DNA of 64,000 bases from Escherichia coli (GTDB taxonomy: Bacteria > Pseudomonadota > Gammaproteobacteria > Enterobacterales > Enterobacteriaceae). Position 1 is the stretch's first letter. Each line of letters opens with the position of its first letter. The notes under the pieces were generated by a model. That model had not been told where the DNA came from. It worked only from the letters and a program-made list of their open reading frames with translations, and did not search any database. The position numbers were made by a program, and so were the translations under genes. Where the stretch lies: NCBI RefSeq assembly GCF_003991155.1, contig NZ_CP031293.1; one strand, given 5' to 3'. Below are positions 1 to 9,186 of the stretch, piece after piece.

Positions 1-1065
1 CCCGCGTTGATTAGTGGTGGTTTGATCCTCGGTTTTCGCAATGTGATCGGCGATTTGCCCATGAGCAACGGTCAGACGCTGGCGCAAATGTACCCTTCCC
101 TGCAAACGATCTACGATTTTCTATGGTTGATCGGTGAAGCGATCTTCTTCTACCTGCCGGTCGGGATTTGCTGGTCAGCGGTGAAAAAAATGGGCGGCAC
201 GCCGATCCTTGGTATCGTGCTTGGCGTGACACTGGTTTCTCCACAGCTGATGAACGCTTATCTGCTCGGGCAGCAGCTGCCGGAAGTGTGGGACTTTGGC
301 ATGTTCAGCATCGCTAAAGTGGGCTATCAGGCGCAGGTGATCCCGGCACTGTTAGCCGGGTTGGCGCTGGGCGTTATTGAAACTCGCCTTAAACGCATCG
401 TACCGGATTACCTCTATCTGGTGGTGGTGCCCGTCTGTTCGCTGATCCTCGCGGTGTTCCTCGCCCATGCGCTGATTGGTCCGTTTGGTCGCATGATTGG
501 CGATGGCGTTGCCTTTGCGGTACGTCACCTGATGACCGGCAGCTTTGCTCCGATTGGCGCGGCATTGTTTGGCTTCCTGTACGCCCCGCTGGTGATCACC
601 GGGGTACACCAGACCACGCTTGCTATTGATTTGCAGATGATTCAAAGCATGGGTGGTACGCCAGTGTGGCCGCTGATTGCGCTGTCGAATATCGCTCAGG
701 GCTCCGCCGTGATAGGCATTATCATTTCCAGCCGCAAGCACAATGAACGCGAGATCTCCGTGCCTGCGGCGATCTCCGCCTGGCTTGGGGTCACTGAGCC
801 TGCAATGTACGGCATCAACCTGAAATATCGCTTCCCGATGCTGTGCGCGATGATTGGTTCTGGTCTGGCAGGATTGCTATGCGGCCTGAACGGCGTTATG
901 GCGAATGGCATCGGCGTAGGCGGCCTGCCGGGAATTCTCTCGATTCAACCGAGCTACTGGCAGGTGTTTGCGCTGGCAATGGCTATCGCCATCATCATCC
1001 CGATTGTACTCACCTCGTTTATCTATCAGCGGAAATACCGCCTGGGCACGCTGGACATTGTTTAA
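1..1065 (+). CDS. treB: PTS trehalose-specific EIIBC component, C-terminal 352 codons (5' end outside window)
   Basis: ORF 7..1065 translation is a polytopic membrane protein; sits immediately upstream of treC as in K-12 treBC operon; frame open to window edge. Confidence 0.9.
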   Translation, partial: PALISGGLILGFRNVIGDLPMSNGQTLAQMYPSLQTIYDFLWLIGEAIFFYLPVGICWSAVKKMGGTPILGIVLGVTLVSPQLMNAYLLGQQLPEVWDFGMFSIAKVGYQAQVIPALLAGLALGVIETRLKRIVPDYLYLVVVPVCSLILAVFLAHALIGPFGRMIGDGVAFAVRHLMTGSFAPIGAALFGFLYAPLVITGVHQTTLAIDLQMIQSMGGTPVWPLIALSNIAQGSAVIGIIISSRKHNEREISVPAAISAWLGVTEPAMYGINLKYRFPMLCAMIGSGLAGLLCGLNGVMANGIGVGGLPGILSIQPSYWQVFALAMAIAIIIPIVLTSFIYQRKYRLGTLDIV

Positions 1066-1073
1066 TTTTCTTC

Positions 1074-1091
1074 GGGGCGCAATTGCGCCCC
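1074..1091. other. Perfect 18-bp palindrome GGGGCGCAATTGCGCCCC in treB-treC intergenic spacer (potential stem-loop)
   Basis: Read directly from sequence between treB stop (1065) and treC ATG (1115). Confidence 0.5.
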
Positions 1092-1114
1092 CTCGCATTT
1101 GCAGGAATAACGTA

Positions 1115-2770
1115 ATGACTCATCTTCCCCACTGGTGGCAAAACGGCGTTATCTACCAGATTTATCCAAAGAGTTTTCAGGACACCACGGGTAGCGGCAC
1201 CGGCGATTTACGTGGCGTTATCCAGCGCCTGGACTATCTGCATAAACTGGGCGTTGATGCCATCTGGCTAACCCCCTTTTATGTCTCTCCCCAGGTCGAT
1301 AACGGTTACGACGTAGCAAATTATACGGCGATTGATCCCACCTATGGCACGCTGGACGATTTTGACGAACTGGTGACACAGGCAAAATCGCGCGGGATTC
1401 GTATCATTCTCGATATGGTGTTTAACCATACCTCTACCCAACATGCCTGGTTTCGCGAGGCGCTGAACAAAGAAAGCCCTTACCGCCAGTTTTATATCTG
1501 GCGCGATGGCGAACCAGAAACGCCACCGAACAACTGGCGTTCAAAATTTGGCGGTAGTGCGTGGCGCTGGCATGCGGAAAGCGAACAGTACTATTTGCAT
1601 CTCTTTGCACCAGAACAGGCGGATCTCAACTGGGAGAATCCAGCGGTACGCGCAGAGCTGAAAAAAGTCTGTGAGTTCTGGGCCAATCGTGGGGTCGACG
1701 GGTTGCGCCTGGATGTGGTGAATCTGATCTCCAAAGACCCGCGTTTCCCTGATGACCTGGATGGCGACGGGCGTCGCTTCTACACCGACGGGCCACGAGC
1801 ACACGAGTTTTTGCACGAGATGAACCGCGATGTGTTTACGCCACGCGGGTTAATGACCGTAGGTGAAATGTCCTCCACCAGCCTTGAGCATTGCCAGCGA
1901 TACGCGGCTCTGACAGGCAGTGAATTGTCGATGACCTTTAATTTTCATCACCTGAAGGTCGATTATCCCGGTGGTGAAAAATGGACGCTGGCTAAACCTG
2001 ACTTTGTGGCTTTGAAAACATTGTTCCGCCACTGGCAACAAGGAATGCACAACGTGGCATGGAATGCCTTGTTCTGGTGTAACCACGATCAGCCGCGCAT
2101 TGTTTCTCGCTTTGGTGATGAAGGTGAATACCGCGTGCCTGCGGCAAAAATGCTGGCGATGGTGCTGCATGGCATGCAGGGAACGCCGTATATCTACCAG
2201 GGCGAAGAGATTGGCATGACCAACCCGCATTTCACGCGCATTACTGACTATCGCGACGTGGAGAGCCTCAATATGTTTGCCGAGCTGCGCAACGATGGGC
2301 GTGATGCCGACGAATTATTGGCAATCCTCGCCAGTAAATCCCGTGACAACAGTCGCACCCCCATGCAATGGAGCAACGGCGATAATGCCGGGTTTACGGC
2401 TGGCGAACCGTGGATTGGCCTGGGCGATAACTATCAGGAAATCAACGTAGAAGCAGCGCTGGCCGATGAGTCCTCGGTGTTTTACACCTACCAAAAGTTA
2501 ATCGCACTGCGTAAGCAAGAAGCCGTCCTGACATGGGGCGATTACCAGGATCTGCTGCCAAACAGCCCTGTATTGTGGTGCTATCGCCGTGAGTGGAAGG
2601 GGCAAACCTTGCTGGTCATTGCCAACCTTAGCCGTGAGACCCAACCCTGGCAGCCAGGGAAAATGCGCGGCAACTGGCAGCTTGTGATGCATAACTACGA
2701 AGAAGCCTCACCACAACCCTGTGCCATGACTTTACGGCCTTTTGAGGCTGTCTGGTGGTTACAGAAGTAA
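1115..2770 (+). CDS. treC: Trehalose-6-phosphate hydrolase (551 aa)
   Basis: Translation from MTHLPHWWQNGVIYQIYPKSF matches remembered TreC N-terminus; GH13 alpha-amylase-family motifs; ATG at 1115 gives 551 aa. Confidence 0.95.
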   Translation: MTHLPHWWQNGVIYQIYPKSFQDTTGSGTGDLRGVIQRLDYLHKLGVDAIWLTPFYVSPQVDNGYDVANYTAIDPTYGTLDDFDELVTQAKSRGIRIILDMVFNHTSTQHAWFREALNKESPYRQFYIWRDGEPETPPNNWRSKFGGSAWRWHAESEQYYLHLFAPEQADLNWENPAVRAELKKVCEFWANRGVDGLRLDVVNLISKDPRFPDDLDGDGRRFYTDGPRAHEFLHEMNRDVFTPRGLMTVGEMSSTSLEHCQRYAALTGSELSMTFNFHHLKVDYPGGEKWTLAKPDFVALKTLFRHWQQGMHNVAWNALFWCNHDQPRIVSRFGDEGEYRVPAAKMLAMVLHGMQGTPYIYQGEEIGMTNPHFTRITDYRDVESLNMFAELRNDGRDADELLAILASKSRDNSRTPMQWSNGDNAGFTAGEPWIGLGDNYQEINVEAALADESSVFYTYQKLIALRKQEAVLTWGDYQDLLPNSPVLWCYRREWKGQTLLVIANLSRETQPWQPGKMRGNWQLVMHNYEEASPQPCAMTLRPFEAVWWLQK

Positions 2771-2781
2771 ATCTTCGCTAA

Positions 2782-2813
2782 GCCCCGGTAATGCCTGTCA
2801 TTCCGGGGTTTTG
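2782..2813 (+). terminator. Rho-independent terminator candidate after treC (CCCCGG...CCGGGG then TTTTG)
   Basis: GC stem with T-run directly after treC stop. Confidence 0.6.
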
Positions 2814-2914
2814 CCTGTCAGCATGTTGTTTTTGTTGATTTTATAATCAAAAAATTCATTAAAAAATTTACATATCGCTGTAGCGCCCGTCATCCGTACG
2901 CTCTGCTTTTTACT

Positions 2915-2928
2915 TTGAGCTACATCAA
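2915..2928. promoter_or_regulatory. FNR-type site TTGAG-N4-ATCAA upstream of nrdD
   Basis: One mismatch to FNR consensus TTGAT-N4-ATCAA; nrdDG is known to be FNR-activated. Confidence 0.5.
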
Positions 2929-2956
2929 AAAAAGTTCAAACATCCTTGATGCAAAG

Positions 2957-3002
2957 CACTATATATAGACTTTAAAATGCGTCCCAACCCAATATGTTGT
3001 AT
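2957..3002. promoter_or_regulatory. Tandem NrdR-box candidates (CACTATATATAG core and CAATATGTTGTAT), centres about 31 bp apart
   Basis: AT-rich palindromic boxes with about 3-helical-turn spacing typical of NrdR operators in nrd promoters. Confidence 0.5.
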
Positions 3003-3163
3003 TAATCGACTATAATTGCTACTACAGCTCCCCACGAAAAAGGTGCGGCGTTGTGGATAAGCGGATGGCGATTGCGGAAAGCACCGGAAAACGAAACGAA
3101 AAAACCGGAAAACGCCTTTCCCAATTTCTGTGGATAACCTGTTCTTAAAAATATGGAGCGATC

Positions 3164-5302
3164 ATGACACCGCATGTGATGAAACGAGACGGCTGCAAAG
3201 TGCCGTTTAAATCAGAGCGCATCAAAGAAGCGATTCTGCGTGCAGCTAAAGCAGCGGAAGTCGATGATGCCGATTATTGCGCCACTGTTGCTGCGGTTGT
3301 CAGCGAGCAGATGCAGGGCCGCAACCAGGTGGATATCAATGAGATCCAGACCGCAGTTGAAAACCAGCTGATGTCGGGGCCATACAAACAACTGGCTCGT
3401 GCCTACATCGAGTACCGTCACGATCGCGACATTGAACGTGAAAAACGCGGTCGCCTGAACCAGGAGATCCGTGGTCTGGTCGAGCAGACCAACTCCTCGT
3501 TACTCAACGAAAACGCCAACAAAGACAGCAAGGTGATTCCAACCCAGCGCGACCTGCTGGCCGGGATCGTGGCTAAACACTATGCACGCCAGCACCTGCT
3601 GCCGCGTGACGTGGTGCAGGCACATGAGCGTGGCGATATTCACTATCACGATCTCGATTACTCACCGTTCTTCCCGATGTTCAACTGCATGTTGATCGAC
3701 CTGAAAGGCATGCTGACCCAGGGCTTTAAAATGGGGAACGCCGAGATTGAACCGCCGAAGTCGATCTCTACGGCAACCGCGGTAACTGCGCAGATTATTG
3801 CTCAGGTCGCCAGCCATATTTATGGCGGCACCACCATTAACCGTATCGATGAAGTGCTGGCACCGTTTGTCACCGCCAGCTACAACAAACATCGCAAGAC
3901 CGCAGAAGAGTGGAACATCCCGGACGCCGAAGGCTACGCTAACTCTCGTACCATCAAAGAGTGCTACGATGCCTTCCAGTCGCTGGAGTACGAAGTAAAC
4001 ACCCTGCATACCGCCAACGGTCAAACGCCGTTTGTAACCTTTGGTTTTGGTCTGGGCACCAGCTGGGAATCGCGCCTGATTCAGGAATCGATCCTGCGTA
4101 ACCGTATCGCAGGCCTCGGTAAAAACCGTAAAACTGCGGTGTTCCCGAAACTGGTGTTTGCGATTCGCGATGGCCTGAACCATAAAAAAGGCGATCCGAA
4201 CTACGACATCAAACAGCTGGCGCTGGAGTGCGCAAGCAAGCGCATGTATCCGGATATCCTGAACTACGATCAGGTAGTGAAAGTCACCGGTTCGTTTAAA
4301 ACCCCGATGGGCTGCCGCAGCTTCCTCGGCGTGTGGGAAAATGAAAACGGCGAGCAGATCCACGATGGTCGTAACAACCTCGGCGTGATCAGCCTGAACC
4401 TGCCGCGTATTGCTCTGGAGGCAAAAGGCGATGAAGCCACCTTCTGGAAGCTGCTGGATGAACGTCTGGTGCTGGCACGTAAGGCGCTGATGACCCGTAT
4501 CGCTCGTCTCGAAGGCGTGAAAGCGCGCGTAGCCCCGATCCTCTATATGGAAGGTGCTTGTGGCGTGCGTCTGAATGCTGACGATGATGTTTCTGAAATC
4601 TTCAAAAACGGTCGTGCGTCTATTTCGCTGGGTTACATCGGCATCCACGAAACCATTAACGCGCTGTTTGGCGGCGAGCATGTGTATGACAACGAGCAGC
4701 TGCGCGCGAAAGGTATCGCCATTGTTGAACGTCTGCGTCAGGCGGTGGATCAGTGGAAAGAAGAAACGGGTTACGGTTTTAGCCTTTACAGCACGCCAAG
4801 TGAAAACCTGTGCGACCGCTTCTGCCGTCTCGATACCGCTGAGTTTGGCGTGGTGCCGGGCGTGACTGATAAAGGTTACTACACCAACAGTTTCCACCTC
4901 GATGTGGAGAAGAAGGTGAACCCGTACGACAAGATCGACTTTGAAGCGCCTTACCCGCCGCTGGCGAACGGTGGTTTCATTTGCTACGGCGAATATCCAA
5001 ACATTCAGCACAACCTGAAGGCGCTGGAAGATGTCTGGGATTACAGCTATCAGCATGTACCGTATTACGGCACCAATACGCCGATTGATGAGTGTTACGA
5101 GTGTGGTTTTACCGGTGAGTTTGAGTGCACCAGTAAAGGCTTCACCTGCCCGAAATGTGGTAACCATGACGCCTCCCGTGTGTCGGTGACTCGCCGCGTG
5201 TGCGGATATTTAGGTAGCCCGGATGCGCGTCCGTTTAACGCTGGTAAGCAGGAAGAAGTTAAGCGCCGCGTTAAACATTTGGGGAATGGGCAGATAGGTT
5301 AA
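3164..5302 (+). CDS. nrdD: Anaerobic ribonucleoside-triphosphate reductase (class III), 712 aa
   Basis: Translation MTPHVMKRDGCKVPFKSERIKEAI... matches NrdD; C-terminal glycyl-radical region and Cys-rich zinc site present. Confidence 0.97.
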   Translation: MTPHVMKRDGCKVPFKSERIKEAILRAAKAAEVDDADYCATVAAVVSEQMQGRNQVDINEIQTAVENQLMSGPYKQLARAYIEYRHDRDIEREKRGRLNQEIRGLVEQTNSSLLNENANKDSKVIPTQRDLLAGIVAKHYARQHLLPRDVVQAHERGDIHYHDLDYSPFFPMFNCMLIDLKGMLTQGFKMGNAEIEPPKSISTATAVTAQIIAQVASHIYGGTTINRIDEVLAPFVTASYNKHRKTAEEWNIPDAEGYANSRTIKECYDAFQSLEYEVNTLHTANGQTPFVTFGFGLGTSWESRLIQESILRNRIAGLGKNRKTAVFPKLVFAIRDGLNHKKGDPNYDIKQLALECASKRMYPDILNYDQVVKVTGSFKTPMGCRSFLGVWENENGEQIHDGRNNLGVISLNLPRIALEAKGDEATFWKLLDERLVLARKALMTRIARLEGVKARVAPILYMEGACGVRLNADDDVSEIFKNGRASISLGYIGIHETINALFGGEHVYDNEQLRAKGIAIVERLRQAVDQWKEETGYGFSLYSTPSENLCDRFCRLDTAEFGVVPGVTDKGYYTNSFHLDVEKKVNPYDKIDFEAPYPPLANGGFICYGEYPNIQHNLKALEDVWDYSYQHVPYYGTNTPIDECYECGFTGEFECTSKGFTCPKCGNHDASRVSVTRRVCGYLGSPDARPFNAGKQEEVKRRVKHLGNGQIG

Positions 5303-5321
5303 TCCTTCCCCCTCACCCTAA

Positions 5322-5343
5322 CCCTCTCCCTCAAGGGAGAGGG
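5322..5343. other. Perfect hairpin CCCTCTCCC-TCAA-GGGAGAGGG in nrdD-nrdG spacer
   Basis: Read directly; 9-bp stem, 4-nt loop, inside the 184-bp nrdD-nrdG intergenic region. Confidence 0.5.
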
Positions 5344-5486
5344 GACCGTTCCGTGCCCCTTCCTGATTCCCGACATAATGAATTGCCTCTGGCCAGTTTT
5401 TGTCGTCGCAAGGAGGCAAATGCGTAGCATCGGGGGACTTCGCCCGTACGCACCAGAGCATTCATGGCGTCAATTGAGAAGCGAAA

Positions 5487-5951
5487 ATGAACTTTCATCA
5501 GTACTATCCTGTCGACATCGTCAACGGCCCCGGCACTCGCTGCACCCTGTTTGTCTCCGGGTGTGTTCATGAATGCCCCGGTTGCTATAACAAAAGCACA
5601 TGGCGGGTAAATTCCGGTCAGCCATTTACCAAAGCAATGGAAGACCAGATCATTAACGATCTGAATGACACTCGTATCAAACGCCAGGGGATTTCCCTCT
5701 CCGGCGGCGATCCGCTGCATCCGCAAAACGTGCCGGATATTCTGAAACTGGTACAACGCATCCGCGCCGAGTGTCCGGGTAAAGACATCTGGGTGTGGAC
5801 AGGCTATAAACTCGACGAACTCAACGCTGCGCAAATGCAGGTTGTTGATTTGATTAACGTGCTGGTCGACGGCAAATTTATGCAGGATCTAAAAGACCCT
5901 TCCCTGATCTGGCGCGGCAGCAGCAATCAGGTGGTGCATCATTTACGTTAG
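5487..5951 (+). CDS. nrdG: Anaerobic ribonucleotide reductase activating protein (radical SAM), 154 aa
   Basis: Translation MNFHQYYPVDIVNGPGTRCTLFVSGCVHECPGCYN with Cys cluster; follows nrdD. Confidence 0.95.
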   Translation: MNFHQYYPVDIVNGPGTRCTLFVSGCVHECPGCYNKSTWRVNSGQPFTKAMEDQIINDLNDTRIKRQGISLSGGDPLHPQNVPDILKLVQRIRAECPGKDIWVWTGYKLDELNAAQMQVVDLINVLVDGKFMQDLKDPSLIWRGSSNQVVHHLR

Positions 5952-6242
5952 TCACTCATCCAGCCGTTTTGTCGCGTCTTCATAAACGGCTGAGTTTTCT
6001 CTCTTACCAATAGCTATCACCAACACGAGTAACTCTTTATCATTGACGGAATAGACCAGGCGATATCCCAGTGTGCGCAGCTTAATTTTGTAGCAGTCCG
6101 GTAAATCCCGCAGTTTAGCCGATGGATTGCGCGGCCTTTTCAGCACATCCTCAAGCTTTTTTTTAAATTGTTCCCGGACTGTCACGCCCAGTTTTTGCCA
6201 CTCTTTCAGCGCCCGCGGATCAAACGCCAGCTCATAGTTCAT
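5952..6242 (-). CDS. RelE/ParE-family type II toxin (mRNA interferase), about 96 aa
   Basis: Translation from MNYELAFDPRALKEWQKLG...LPDCYKIKLR..GYRLVY...GKRENSAVY closely parallels remembered K-12 RelE; start chosen by alignment to RelE (longer ORF start at 6320 rejected). Confidence 0.8.
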   Translation of the reverse strand: MNYELAFDPRALKEWQKLGVTVREQFKKKLEDVLKRPRNPSAKLRDLPDCYKIKLRTLGYRLVYSVNDKELLVLVIAIGKRENSAVYEDATKRLDE

Positions 6243-6474
6243 CCAGTCGGACCTTAATGGCCTCTTGTGGGTTGGCCAGTCGTTCCCTGACAGTGCGTAA
6301 CAAGGCTTCTTCACTATCACTGACAGTGAGCGTTTTTACCGGCATTCGTCCATTTTCCGCAACGTACTGAAACAGCAGCCGCACTGCTTCAGTAGGCGTA
6401 ATATTTAATTTTTCCAGCACCGCATAAGCCTCATTTTTCAGTTTGTCATCCAGGCGGACGTTAAGTGTGGCCAT
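6232..6474 (-). CDS. RelB/DinJ-family antitoxin (ribbon-helix-helix), 80 aa
   Basis: Translation MATLNVRLDDKLKNEAYAVLEKLNITPTEAVRLL...RLDEL parallels K-12 RelB; 3' end overlaps toxin start by 11 nt (typical coupling). Confidence 0.8.
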   Translation of the reverse strand: MATLNVRLDDKLKNEAYAVLEKLNITPTEAVRLLFQYVAENGRMPVKTLTVSDSEEALLRTVRERLANPQEAIKVRLDEL

Positions 6475-6497
6475 TATGCCTCCGGTAATTATGAAAA

Positions 6498-6533
6498 GTG
6501 TAATGCATTATAGCATTACATATGCATTACATT
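6498..6533. promoter_or_regulatory. Repeated palindromic motifs (TGTAATGCATTA / GCATTACA / TGCATTACATT) upstream of the antitoxin gene; candidate autoregulatory operator
   Basis: Read directly; TAATGCATTA is a perfect palindrome and TGCATTACA-like half-sites repeat three times. Confidence 0.5.
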
Positions 6534-6633
6534 CATTTCTGGAAAACGCCTCGCAAAAATGAGGACGACACGCAGGAATATGCCGTGGTGAAGATAGATA
6601 TTGCGGTGATTTTACGAAGGGAGAAGAAAGCGT

Positions 6634-6660
6634 TGGGCGGTAACGTTTCACCGCCCAATA
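6634..6660 (-). terminator. Stem-loop (GGGCGGT...ACCGCCC) downstream of cybC
   Basis: GC-rich inverted repeat just 3' of cybC stop on minus strand; weak U-tract. Confidence 0.4.
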
Positions 6661-6665
6661 AGGAA

Positions 6666-7055
<390 letters not shown>

Positions 7056-7107
7056 TCACTTCCTTTTTTATTATGAAGATTTGGCGCGGCAGGTCGCGCC
7101 AGTTTTT

Positions 7108-8460
7108 TTACTGCCCGGCGATTTTCATCTCCGACAACAGCACAGAACCACACTGTATATTACTGCGTGTTTCAATATCGTTACCGACGGTGACAATATT
7201 GCGCCACATATCTTTCAAATTACCTGCGATGGTGATTTCGCTCACCGGATACTGAATTTCGCCATTCTCTACCCAGAAGCCCGCCGCACCACGGGAATAA
7301 TCACCGGTAATGGCACTCACGCCCTGGCCCATCAGCTCCGTCACCACCAGCCCGGTGCCCATCTCTTTGAGCATTTGTTCGAAGCTTAGCCCTTGTCCGG
7401 CAATCCGCCAGTTGTGAATACCGCCCGCATGTCCGGTGCTTTTCAGCCCCAGTTTTCGCGCCGAATAGCTGGTCAGCAGCCACTGAGTCAGGATGCCATC
7501 TTTAATAATATCGCGACGCTCGGTGCGCACACCTTCGCTGTCGAATGGCGTCGACGCCAGCCCTTTCAGCAGATGCGGATGCTCTTCAATGGTCAGCCAG
7601 TCCGGCAGAATTTGTTTACCCAGCGAATCCAGCAGGAAGGTGGATTTACGGTAAACCGATCCACCCGCTATCGCCCCCACCAGATGGCCAAAAAGCCCGG
7701 TTGCCACTTCATTGGCAAAAATGACCGGCGCTTTCATGGTGGAGAGTTTACGCGGTGACAGACGCGATAAAGTGCGGCGAGCACAGTCGGCCCCGACCCA
7801 CTCTGGCGTTTGTAGATCGCTCATCGCACGACCAATGGTGTAGGCGTAATCACGCTCCATATCGCCATTTTCTTCGGCAATTACACAGCTGGAGAGCGAA
7901 TGACGCGTTGAGCAGTAACCCTGCAACATGCCGTGGCTGTTGCCAAAAACTTTGACACCGTAGTGGCTGTTAAAGCTGCCACCTTCTGTATTGGTGATGC
8001 GTTTATCCGCCTGCAATGCTGCCTGTTCAGCGCGGGCCGCCAGTTCAATGGCTTCATCCGGGGAAACTTCCGCAGGGTGGAACAAGTCGAGATCCGGTGC
8101 GTCAAAGGCCAGCAGCTCTTTGTCTGCCACGCCGGCACAGGGATCTGGCGAAGTGTAACGGGCAATATCCAGCGCCGCCTGTACGGTGCGGGCAATGGCC
8201 TGCGGGCTTAAATCGGTAGACGATGCGCTACCTTTACGGTTCTGGTGATAAACGGTGATCCCCAGCGCGCCATCGCTATTGAATTCAACATTCTCCACTT
8301 CACCATAACGCGTGCTTACGCTAATGCCGGTGGTCTTGCTGACGGCAACTTCTGCACCGTCCGATTTGCCTGAGGCCAACTCCAGCGCAGTCGAAACTGC
8401 TTCTTCCAGAATCTTGCGCTGCGCTTCAACTTGAGAGATTACTTTCATTGCAAGTGCCAT
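7108..8460 (-). CDS. pmbA: Metalloprotease PmbA/TldE (450 aa)
   Basis: Translation [22 protein letters not shown]... matches PmbA; position between cybC and yjgA. Confidence 0.95.
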   Translation of the reverse strand: MALAMKVISQVEAQRKILEEAVSTALELASGKSDGAEVAVSKTTGISVSTRYGEVENVEFNSDGALGITVYHQNRKGSASSTDLSPQAIARTVQAALDIARYTSPDPCAGVADKELLAFDAPDLDLFHPAEVSPDEAIELAARAEQAALQADKRITNTEGGSFNSHYGVKVFGNSHGMLQGYCSTRHSLSSCVIAEENGDMERDYAYTIGRAMSDLQTPEWVGADCARRTLSRLSPRKLSTMKAPVIFANEVATGLFGHLVGAIAGGSVYRKSTFLLDSLGKQILPDWLTIEEHPHLLKGLASTPFDSEGVRTERRDIIKDGILTQWLLTSYSARKLGLKSTGHAGGIHNWRIAGQGLSFEQMLKEMGTGLVVTELMGQGVSAITGDYSRGAAGFWVENGEIQYPVSEITIAGNLKDMWRNIVTVGNDIETRSNIQCGSVLLSEMKIAGQ

Positions 8461-8552
8461 AATGTAGAGAGTTTCTCTGAAGTCTAACAGAGAACCGTTT
8501 TTCAGTGCGCATCTTAACTGGTAACATTAGCCTCTTTTTTAAGGAGCCTGAG

Positions 8553-9104
8553 ATGACTAAGCAGCCCGAAGACTGGCTCGACGACGTTCCCGGTGATGAC
8601 ATCGAAGACGAAGACGATGAAATTATCTGGGTCAGTAAAAGTGAAATTAAACGTGATGCCGAGGAGCTAAAACGCCTTGGCGCGGAAATTGTTGATCTGG
8701 GGAAAAACGCGCTGGATAAGATCCCGTTAGATGCGGATCTGCGCGCGGCTATTGAGCTCGCCCAGCGTATTAAGATGGAAGGTCGCCGCCGCCAGTTGCA
8801 GCTCATCGGCAAGATGCTGCGCCAGCGCGACGTAGAGCCTATTCGTCAGGCGCTGGATAAGCTGAAAAACCGCCACAACCAGCAGGTGGTGCTGTTCCAT
8901 AAACTGGAAAACCTGCGCGATCGTCTGATCGACCAGGGTGATGATGCCATCGCTGAAGTATTGAATCTGTGGCCCGATGCCGATCGTCAGCAACTGCGAA
9001 CTCTGATCCGCAACGCGAAGAAAGAGAAAGAAGGGAATAAGCCGCCGAAATCCGCACGTCAGATTTTCCAGTATCTGCGCGAGTTAGCGGAAAACGAAGG
9101 GTAA
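8553..9104 (+). CDS. yjgA: Ribosome-associated DUF615 protein YjgA (183 aa)
   Basis: Translation from [16 protein letters not shown]...; AAGGAG RBS 6 nt upstream of ATG at 8553. Confidence 0.9.
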
Positions 9105-9131
9105 TTTTCGTTGTTGATGTGAGTATGGTTT

Positions 9132-9161
9132 GCCGGATACGGTGTAAACGCCTTATCCGGC
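9132..9161. repeat. REP element (GCCGGATACGGTGTAAACGCCTTATCCGGC)
   Basis: Matches canonical E. coli REP palindrome consensus. Confidence 0.8.
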
Positions 9162-9186
9162 AATGCTATATCAGGCTGAGGCCAAA

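Noticed and set aside
2835-2850. TTGAT-N6-ATCAA palindrome as a second FNR site
   Set aside because: Spacer is 6 nt, not the canonical 4; kept only as an unexplained imperfect palindrome.
3662-5167. 501-aa minus-strand ORF
   Set aside because: Lies entirely antisense within nrdD, which has an unambiguous conserved product; a shadow ORF in GC-rich coding sequence with no RBS.
5952-6320. Longer 122-aa version of the toxin ORF starting at 6320
   Set aside because: Alignment to RelE places the start at the internal Met (6242); the longer form would overlap the antitoxin by about 90 nt.
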